DNA of 64,000 nt from a virus (lineage: Duplodnaviria > Caudoviricetes), in IMG/VR virus record IMGVR_UViG_3300037418_000840; one strand, written 5' to 3'. Under the pieces are notes generated by a model. The model was not told the origin of the DNA and did no database searches. It worked only from the letters and a program-made list of their open reading frames with translations. Below are positions 9,223 through 14,601 of this stretch, piece after piece. Within the stretch, counting starts at the first letter, position 1. The number at the start of each line of letters is the position of its first letter. A program made the position numbers and the translations under genes.

Positions 9223-9507
9223 ATGAAACTCCTCCCACTGTATGACCGAGTCCTTGTCAAGCCCCTCGACAAGAAAACCGAATCGGGTATCGTGATTGCC
9301 GGTTCGTCTGACCGAAACGATCAAGGCGAAGTCGTTGCCGTTGGTCCGGGTCCGATCCTCAACGACGGGACACAGAAGCCTCTGGCTGTCCAGGTCGGCG
9401 ACACCGTGATGTTCGTCCCTGGAACCGGTCATCCAGTGAAGATCGACGGCGAAGACATGCGTGTCTTCCCCGAGTTCGAACTCGTTGGCATCCTCCGCGA
9501 GGACTAG
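9223..9507 (+). CDS. groES: Co-chaperonin GroES
   Basis: MKLLPLYDRVLVKP...TESGIVI...GEVVAVGPG...VQVGDTVMF, 94 aa. Confidence 0.95.
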   Translation: MKLLPLYDRVLVKPLDKKTESGIVIAGSSDRNDQGEVVAVGPGPILNDGTQKPLAVQVGDTVMFVPGTGHPVKIDGEDMRVFPEFELVGILRED

Positions 9508-9509
9508 AC

Positions 9510-9947
9510 ATGAGCGGACGCCCGGTCAAGATTCTTCACCTAATGGTGGGTTCGGACAATTGGAAGCCGACACACGAGGAGTTGATTCAAGTAATTGAAT
9601 GCTTCGAATCAGCGTGCGAAGGCGGGAAGAAGTCGTTGTCTGCCGACGCAGCGGCCAAAGAAACAATGGTCGCAGTGGCAACGAATCACGAAGTGAAATC
9701 GGAAGTCCTTTCCATAACGGAAGACGATCCGATTTATGTTCTCGCCAACTTTGAATCACTTCGCGAGACAATTGCCCGTCGACTCCTCAACGAATTCTTG
9801 ATCGACTCGGCAACGCATCAACCGTTACCGCTCGATGCCTCGAAGGACACGGTGAATGGCTTCCATCTTTGCCTCAGCAATTTGAAGAAGCGAATTGAAG
9901 AACTCCTCGCAGAGGAGACGAAGGTTAGCGACAACAGACAGGCTTAA
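9510..9947 (+). CDS. Hypothetical protein
   Basis: GAGG RBS. Confidence 0.7.
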   Translation: MSGRPVKILHLMVGSDNWKPTHEELIQVIECFESACEGGKKSLSADAAAKETMVAVATNHEVKSEVLSITEDDPIYVLANFESLRETIARRLLNEFLIDSATHQPLPLDASKDTVNGFHLCLSNLKKRIEELLAEETKVSDNRQA

Positions 9948-10018
9948 CCAGATACCGAAATTTCTGGTCTGTCCTGGGTCGTCAAAACCGGGAACCGCGT
10001 CTAGACGCGACCCGGCCT

Positions 10019-10095
10019 CGGAGCGTAGCGCAGCCCGGTAGCGCATCTGATTTGGGATCAGAGGGTCGCAGGTTCGAATCCTGTCGCTCCGACCA
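10019..10095 (+). tRNA. trnP: tRNA-Pro(UGG)
   Basis: Cloverleaf; loop TT-TGG-GA; CCA. Confidence 0.95.
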
Positions 10096-10109
10096 GTTTT
10101 GTTTCACTT

Positions 10110-10271
10110 GTCCAGGATGCCAGAGTGGTTTAATGGTAGCTGAGTGGCCGAGTGGTGTGCGAGTTCCTGAAAGGAGCCGTAGTTCTAGACTGCGAGCCTT
10201 TAAACGGGGACGGCGGTGTCTCAGGCTGCCAGTCAAACACCCACGTAGGTTCGAATCCTACCCTGGACGCC
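10110..10271 (+). ncRNA. tRNA-like RNA with a large structured insert in place of the anticodon arm (nested tRNA-like element)
   Basis: GTCCAGG/CCTGGAC acceptor, CCA-GAGTGGTTTAA-TGG D-arm, GTAGG-TTCGAAT-CCTAC T-arm; insert 10138-10231 ends in GCCA. Confidence 0.65.
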
Positions 10272-10325
10272 TTATGAACGACGATTTGGTATTTGGATAA
10301 AGGGCACAAACTTGAATGCCGTGTG

Positions 10326-10430
10326 CGGCGAGAAGTGTGGTCCTCCAGCCTAGAATCGTCGTCCATAAGGCTTGACTTCTTAGGTGTGCGGGTTCGAGTC
10401 CCGATCGCTGGCCGAGACTATGGTAGACAC
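10326..10430 (+). ncRNA. tRNA-fragment element: T-arm followed by a Leu-type D-loop
   Basis: CGGG-TTCGAGT-CCCG at 10389-10403, then TGGCCGAGACTATGGTAGACAC. Confidence 0.45.
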
Positions 10431-10509
10431 AGCGGGCGGTAGCCACTCCGTCCGTGGAGCGCGCGGCCGGTGGGCCGTCCCTAAAAGACGGAACACCTAA
10501 GAGGTTAAG

Positions 10510-10716
10510 ATGAACAGTCCAAGTGCAGAGCAGGTTAGACTCTCACGAGTCCGAGCAGGTCTCACTCAGAAGCAAGCTGCTTCAGTTGTCTACGTCGGCG
10601 AACGTATGTGGCAGCGGTATGAAGCTGGGACATATGAAATGCATCCAGGACTGTGGGAACTGTTTCGTTACAAGGTCTTCCACGTTAGACCAGACCCAAT
10701 CACGGCTGGAGACTAG
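10510..10716 (+). CDS. XRE-family HTH regulator
   Basis: VRLSRVRAGLTQKQAASVVYVGERMWQRYEAG. Confidence 0.85.
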   Translation: MNSPSAEQVRLSRVRAGLTQKQAASVVYVGERMWQRYEAGTYEMHPGLWELFRYKVFHVRPDPITAGD

Positions 10717-10717
10717 C

Positions 10718-10972
10718 ATGACGACCATGAACGTACGAGACTTGATCTACGAGACTAAGGAATACGAAGGTCCTCTCAACCTTCCAGGAAAATCCATTGA
10801 ATGCCCCGAATGCAAGATTTTCTACGAGGCTAGTAAATGGAGTGCATGGGATTGCCCATGCGATTCATGCGGATCGCATCCAATCTTACTGTGTCCTGAG
10901 CGCCATACATTTGATCCGTATGGTGGAGATGACTTAGACTTGCAGGTCAAAGACGATGGCGTTGATCAGTAA
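10718..10972 (+). CDS. Zn-ribbon protein
   Basis: CPEC, CPCDSCG, CPERH; GGAG RBS. Confidence 0.7.
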   Translation: MTTMNVRDLIYETKEYEGPLNLPGKSIECPECKIFYEASKWSAWDCPCDSCGSHPILLCPERHTFDPYGGDDLDLQVKDDGVDQ

Positions 10973-11138
10973 TCGAGAATTCTTCGATCCGGAATTCTAC
11001 CGGTTCATGCAGCAAGATTTCGAGGACATACGACGCAGACGTAAGCAACTGAAAGGACGACCCGATTCTGAACAGATGGCCGTCCTTGAATGTGAGCGTC
11101 AGTTCGAAGCCTTCTACAAGAAGTTCCTCGATTTGTAG
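10956..11138 (+). CDS. Hypothetical protein
   Basis: Overlaps the upstream gene and ends just before tRNA-Ser. Confidence 0.55.
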   Translation: MALISNREFFDPEFYRFMQQDFEDIRRRRKQLKGRPDSEQMAVLECERQFEAFYKKFLDL

Positions 11139-11142
11139 ATTT

Positions 11143-11230
11143 GGAAATGTGGCTGAGTGGGTTAAGGCAGCGGCGTGCTAAGCCGTCGAGTCGCGAGGCT
11201 CCGTTGGTTCGAATCCAACCATTTCCGCCA
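11143..11230 (+). tRNA. trnS: tRNA-Ser(GCU)
   Basis: Long variable arm; loop GT-GCT-AA; GCCA end. Confidence 0.93.
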
Positions 11231-11234
11231 AGTA

Positions 11235-11324
11235 GTTCGTCTCTGAGGCGTTGGGTCAGCACCAACCGGCTCTCTCGTGGATACGAGGGGGCTGTGGTCT
11301 AGCGGTAAGGGCGCAGGGACGAAC
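11235..11324 (+). ncRNA. Circularly permuted tRNA-like RNA (YrlA-like topology)
   Basis: 11-bp closing stem, AGGC variable loop, 5-bp/7-nt T-like arm, 12-bp closed acceptor-like hairpin, TGGTCTAGCGGTAAGGGC D-arm. Confidence 0.7.
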
Positions 11325-11333
11325 GCTCGTTGA

Positions 11334-11421
11334 GGAAGCGTGGCTGAGTGGGTTAAGGCAGCGGTCTTGAAAACCGTCGTCGGGAAACCGGCCGTGAGTT
11401 CGAATCTCACCGCTTCCGCCA
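11334..11421 (+). tRNA. trnS: tRNA-Ser(UGA)
   Basis: Long variable arm; loop CT-TGA-AA; GCCA. Confidence 0.95.
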
Positions 11422-11492
11422 TTGTCGCAGTCTTCGTGTCACGCGTGGATAACAGGCATCCTGTGCTTGCCAAGTCGGACACGGAAATTCAC

Positions 11493-11560
11493 GGACCACT
11501 AACTCAGTGGTAGAGCGCCTCGTTAGAGGTTGGTCACGGGTTCGATTCCCGTGTGGTCCG
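11493..11560 (+). ncRNA. tRNA-like element with shrunken anticodon loop
   Basis: GGACCAC/GTGGTCC acceptor, CTCAGTGGTAGAG D-arm, ACGGG-TTCGATT-CCCGT T-arm; anticodon arm CCTC-GTTA-GAGG; no CCA. Confidence 0.65.
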
Positions 11561-11583
11561 TGTCACCGATTCAAGATGGTGTA

Positions 11584-11591
11584 GTAAATAC
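11584..11591 (+). promoter_or_regulatory. GTAAATA motif
   Basis: GTAAATAC in TAGT-AAAT-ACTA hairpin before tRNA-Tyr. Confidence 0.6.
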
Positions 11592-11603
11592 TAAGGTAAC
11601 GTC

Positions 11604-11689
11604 GGACGTGTAGTGTAAGTGGTCAAAACCAGTGGACTGTAAATCCGCCGCCTCGTGCTTCGTAGGTTCGAATCCTACCGCGTCCACCA
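11604..11689 (+). tRNA. trnY: tRNA-Tyr(GUA)
   Basis: Loop CT-GTA-AA; variable arm; CCA. Confidence 0.95.
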
Positions 11690-11705
11690 CTTCCTTAGAC
11701 TAGTT

Positions 11706-11825
11706 AGAAATCTTAGATGCGGCCGTATCTCAATGGTAGAGACCCGGATTGTGATTCCGGTTACGTGAGTTCGATTCTCACCGGTCGCCCCATAGGCCAC
11801 GAAGGCGGTCGCATCTAAGATTTCT
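11706..11825. repeat. 19-bp inverted repeat enclosing tRNA-His
   Basis: AGAAATCTTAGATGCGGCC (11706-11724) vs GGTCGCATCTAAGATTTCT (11807-11825), with one G-U pair. Confidence 0.9.
11719..11792 (+). tRNA. trnH: tRNA-His(GUG)
   Basis: Loop TT-GTG-AT; C73-CCA; no encoded G-1. Confidence 0.93.
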
Positions 11826-11827
11826 GT

Positions 11828-11904
11828 AGCGGGATAGAGCAGCTAGGTAGCTCGTCGGGCTCATAATCCGAAGGTCGGAGGTTCAAATCCTTCTCCCGCA
11901 ACCA
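11828..11904 (+). tRNA. trnfM: Initiator tRNA-fMet(CAU)
   Basis: 1:72 mismatch (A:A), GGG in the anticodon stem, loop CT-CAT-AA, CCA. Confidence 0.9.
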
Positions 11905-11912
11905 CCGTGTTG

Positions 11913-12038
11913 TGATCGCACTAAGGTCGTAGGAATGGACTAATCATCCGGACCCCAATTTCCATGGCCGCGCAGTAACCTCGTTACTGAGCCGTCTGGT
12001 GGTGTAGACCTGTCGGGAACGTGTTCCCGACGCGATCA
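11913..12038 (+). ncRNA. Candidate structured spacer RNA
   Basis: TGATCGC/GCGATCA closing stem enclosing hairpins CAGTAAC-CTC-GTTACTG and GTCGGGAAC-GT-GTTCCCGAC. Confidence 0.4.
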
Positions 12039-12066
12039 GCCTTTAGCTGTAGATTGTGAGGTCTTC

Positions 12067-12258
12067 ATGGACGCTCAACAGTACAAAAGCGCTATAGACG
12101 CGCTCCAGGACGGACCTCAATTGGTGCCTCGTACAGTAATCTACGACGGAGTTCTTTACGAACGTCGTCCTACGATAAGTGTGTGCTGGACCCCGAATGA
12201 TGGTTGGTCTGTCAAAGAGTACGACAAGATCGAGACTCAAAGTTTGAAGGCGTCATAG
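12067..12258 (+). CDS. Hypothetical protein; stop codon lies inside tRNA-Asp
   Basis: GAGG RBS; 63 aa. Confidence 0.6.
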   Translation: MDAQQYKSAIDALQDGPQLVPRTVIYDGVLYERRPTISVCWTPNDGWSVKEYDKIETQSLKAS

Positions 12259-12325
12259 AACAATTGGTTAGTTCACCGGCCTGTCACGCCGGAGGTTACG
12301 GGTTCGAGTCCCGTTGACGTCGCCA
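12249..12325 (+). tRNA. trnD: tRNA-Asp(GUC)
   Basis: Loop CT-GTC-AC; GCCA. Confidence 0.95.
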
Positions 12326-12384
12326 GTTAAACGGCGCGCGAATGGACATGCCAGTCCATGGTTTGAAACTTCGCTCGGCGTTTC

Positions 12385-12472
12385 GGGTGAGTAGTTCAGT
12401 GGTTAGAACACGGGCGACGCCTTCTCCGGTAGAAATCGCCTGAGGTCGTAGGTTCGAATCCTATCTCACCCA
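12385..12472 (+). ncRNA. tRNA-like element (Val-type acceptor) with anticodon arm extended by 15 nt
   Basis: GGGTGAG/CTCACCC acceptor, GTTC/GAAC D-stem, GTAGG-TTCGAAT-CCTAT T-arm; 22 nt between CGGGC and GCCTG; no CCA. Confidence 0.7.
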
Positions 12473-12563
12473 TCTTGTTTCAATGGGACAGCATTCTGAT
12501 TGGTCAGCCATCGGCGTCTGTGTTGACGCAACGTGCGGACACAAGAGGAGTGCGGTCCCGCCC

Positions 12564-12641
12564 GGGACCGTAGCTCAACGGATTTAGAGTAGTGGCCTAC
12601 GAAGCCATTGGTTGGGGGTTCGAATCCCTCCGGTCCCACCA
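12564..12641 (+). tRNA. trnR: tRNA-Arg(ACG)
   Basis: Loop CT-ACG-AA; CCA. Confidence 0.95.
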
Positions 12642-12653
12642 TTCATGCAGTAC

Positions 12654-12730
12654 AGTGGGGTAGCTCAGACGGTTAGAGCGTTCGCTTGATAAGCGAGAGG
12701 TCGGAGGTTCGACTCCTCTCCTCACTACCA
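12654..12730 (+). tRNA. trnI: tRNA-Ile(GAU)
   Basis: Loop TT-GAT-AA; CCA. Confidence 0.95.
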
Positions 12731-12738
12731 AGAAGTCC

Positions 12739-12814
12739 GGACAGGTAACTCAGTTGGTAGAGTGCTAGACTGAAAATCTAGTGGTCGCTGGTTCGATTCC
12801 AGTCCTGTCCACCA
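12739..12814 (+). tRNA. trnF: tRNA-Phe(GAA)
   Basis: Loop CT-GAA-AA; CCA. Confidence 0.95.
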
Positions 12815-12834
12815 AGTTGTTTCAGTACCGTGTA

Positions 12835-12842
12835 GTAAATAG
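12835..12842 (+). promoter_or_regulatory. GTAAATA motif
   Basis: GTAAATAG 11 nt before tRNA-Gln. Confidence 0.6.
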
Positions 12843-12853
12843 GTTGTGTCTGT

Positions 12854-12932
12854 TGGGGGTTAGCCAAGTCCGGTCCAAGGCAGTTGGTTTTGATCCAACC
12901 ATTCACAGGTTCGAATCCTGTACCCCCTGCCA
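12854..12932 (+). tRNA. trnQ: tRNA-Gln(UUG)
   Basis: Loop TT-TTG-AT; GCCA. Confidence 0.93.
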
Positions 12933-12943
12933 CTCACTCCTGT

Positions 12944-13018
12944 GTGTGATTCGTCTAGCGGTTAGGACACTGCCCTTTCACGGCGGTAACACGAGTTCGA
13001 ATCTCGTATCGCACGCCA
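12944..13018 (+). tRNA. trnE: tRNA-Glu(UUC)
   Basis: Loop CT-TTC-AC; GCCA. Confidence 0.95.
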
Positions 13019-13042
13019 TTCATTGATTCATCGTTTCATGCA

Positions 13043-13118
13043 GGGGCTTTAGTTCAGCTGGTAGAACAGCGGTCTCCAAAGCCGCGTGTCGGGAGTTCGA
13101 GTCTCTCAGGCCCCGCCA
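13043..13118 (+). tRNA. trnW: tRNA-Trp(CCA)
   Basis: Loop CT-CCA-AA; GCCA. Confidence 0.95.
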
Positions 13119-13128
13119 CCGTTTTTAT

Positions 13129-13190
13129 AGGGCGTCCCAGTCGTAGTAGTGTCGAACCCCCGTCGGCGCTGCTCGGGGACGCCCTCTTTT
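13129..13190 (+). terminator. Long hairpin with T-tract after tRNA-Trp
   Basis: AGGGCGTCCC/GGGACGCCCT stem plus an inner 8-bp stem, followed by CTTTT. Confidence 0.55.
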
Positions 13191-13209
13191 ATACCCATAG
13201 AGGTTCCAA

Positions 13210-13524
13210 ATGTCCGCCCAAGACGTGAACGTGCGTGAAGTGCCCGGCAACATCTCGATCCCTGACCTGAGTGATTATCATGGAACAGTCGCTGAACTGG
13301 AGCTCAGGGTAAATGCGCTAGCTCACGTATATGGTGGCGACTCAATCATCTCGTTCGACGCCGGACACAACAACATCGAAGCAGTGCTCGTAACTCGGGC
13401 CAGTATCGACGCTCACACGAAGGCCGTTCAAACCAAGGCCGAACGTCGCTCGTCCAAGAGGCGCGAGAAGCTGCAACGGCGCATCGCCGAACTTCAACAG
13501 GAACTGGAAGACCTCCATGACTGA
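13210..13524 (+). CDS. Hypothetical protein with C-terminal coiled coil
   Basis: GAGG RBS. Confidence 0.7.
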   Translation: MSAQDVNVREVPGNISIPDLSDYHGTVAELELRVNALAHVYGGDSIISFDAGHNNIEAVLVTRASIDAHTKAVQTKAERRSSKRREKLQRRIAELQQELEDLHD

Positions 13525-13717
13525 TGAAGTCTTGGTGTTAGAGGCGGCACTAAAGGCTCTGACCCGTAGATTCGACGAATTCGTGGGTCAGTGCATGGAC
13601 GATGCGGGAAAGCCGCGTGCGCCGTCGCCGAAGGCACTGGCCCAGGCTCGTGCCTGCCTTCCGCCTGAAACCACAAAGAACGGATACGCGTCTAAGTTCA
13701 AACCGGCGGCGATGTGA
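13517..13717 (+). CDS. Hypothetical protein; stop codon lies inside tRNA-Cys
   Basis: Overlaps the upstream stop. Confidence 0.65.
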   Translation: MTDEVLVLEAALKALTRRFDEFVGQCMDDAGKPRAPSPKALAQARACLPPETTKNGYASKFKPAAM

Positions 13718-13784
13718 CTGAGTGGTCTAAGGTCCGGGTCTGCAAAACCTTGGTTCGTGGGTTCGAATCCCACCATCGCCTCCA
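13708..13784 (+). tRNA. trnC: tRNA-Cys(GCA)
   Basis: Loop CT-GCA-AA; U73-CCA. Confidence 0.92.
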
Positions 13785-13792
13785 TACGTTGT

Positions 13793-13868
13793 GGGCCGTT
13801 AGCTCATTGGTCAAGAGCCGTGGACTCATAATCCACTGGTGACGGTTCGATTCCGTCACGGCCCACCA
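13793..13868 (+). tRNA. tRNA(CAU), Ile2 or elongator Met
   Basis: Loop CT-CAT-AA; paired 1:72; CCA; body resembles Ile2-type tRNAs. Confidence 0.9.
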
Positions 13869-13885
13869 TTCATTAAGGATCTAGC

Positions 13886-14104
13886 ATGTCTAACAACACG
13901 TTGCAAAGATCGCAATCAGCAATCAAGACACTGAGCGAAACCGTACAGCGTGCTTATGCTCACGCTAGGTCACTGGGCTACACAGGATCATCGCTTGAGT
14001 ACGCGATGCTGATCCTACCGGAGGACACGCTTGTTACGGACAACACTGGATACTCGGGCACGCTGCGAGACACTCCTTCGATTAGTGAACTGTTGAACAT
14101 CTAG
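13886..14104 (+). CDS. Hypothetical protein
   Basis: AAGGA RBS. Confidence 0.6.
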   Translation: MSNNTLQRSQSAIKTLSETVQRAYAHARSLGYTGSSLEYAMLILPEDTLVTDNTGYSGTLRDTPSISELLNI

Positions 14105-14205
14105 TTTTGAGCAGCACCAAGTCCTGCACGAGCGCAGGCGATTGACAGCGGTCAACGGTGAAGCCCGCGCGTTGCGAAGTCACCGGATACACAAAGGAGG
14201 CTATC

Positions 14206-14220
14206 ATGCGTACACATTAG
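14206..14220 (+). promoter_or_regulatory. Four-codon uORF (MRTH*) with strong RBS
   Basis: AAAGGAGG 14193-14200; stop codon within CATTAG-GTGAT-CTAATG hairpin next to the downstream RBS. Confidence 0.55.
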
Positions 14221-14241
14221 GTGATCTAATGGAGGACCAGC

Positions 14242-14415
14242 ATGAAAGCAAAACGTTTCGCTCATCGAGTTCCCAACCTCGGTCCCGGTGGTTGGCGCTG
14301 TCCCTGCTGTGGCCCATCGCCACGTCATCGTCGTAAGACGCGTCAGCAGCAGCGGCGTATCTTCAGCCGATTGATCGATAAGATCGAACGCCTGGAGGCC
14401 AGCGAGGAACTCTGA
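14242..14415 (+). CDS. Small basic protein with GPGGWRCPCC motif (57 aa, below the ORF-track cut-off)
   Basis: GGAGG RBS; translated by hand. Confidence 0.7.
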   Translation: MKAKRFAHRVPNLGPGGWRCPCCGPSPRHRRKTRQQQRRIFSRLIDKIERLEASEEL

Positions 14416-14442
14416 TCGAGTGAACCAGACAAGGAGTCCTAA

Positions 14443-14601
14443 GTGTCGACCAAGCGTGATCGTCTTTTGTCAGGTCTGTTCTTTGGCCTGTTGACTGCTG
14501 TTGGTCTTGCCCTCGTAGTCTTCCTTTCGATGGTCAATATCCTTCGTTGGGAAGATTGTCGCGCGCACTACAGCTTCAGCTACTGCTTGTTCATGCGTTA
14601 G
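14443..14601 (+). CDS. Small membrane protein (52 aa)
   Basis: AAGGAG RBS, GTG start, TM segment LLSGLFFGLLTAVGLALVVFLSMV. Confidence 0.65.
   Translation: MSTKRDRLLSGLFFGLLTAVGLALVVFLSMVNILRWEDCRAHYSFSYCLFMR

Noticed and set aside
10138-10231. Group I intron in a tRNA
   Set aside because: About 90 nt is far too short, and P/Q/R/S core elements were not seen
11235-11324. Two-piece (permuted) tmRNA, suggested by GGGGCTG and G3-U70
   Set aside because: No CCA or A73 after the 3' acceptor strand, and no room for an mRNA-like domain because tRNA-Ser starts 10 nt later
8147-11482. ORF-track entries overlapping tRNAs (for example 8616-8837, 10052-10300, 11005-11265, 11162-11482 and the upstream extensions of 8225 and 9223)
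   Set aside because: They translate tRNA sequence; better starts with RBS lie downstream
11493-11560. Stop-codon suppressor tRNA (TTA here, CTA at 3443) and genetic-code reassignment
   Set aside because: The loops lack 7-nt U-turn geometry; TAG, TAA and TGA all end genes at normal junctions and long conserved genes are uninterrupted
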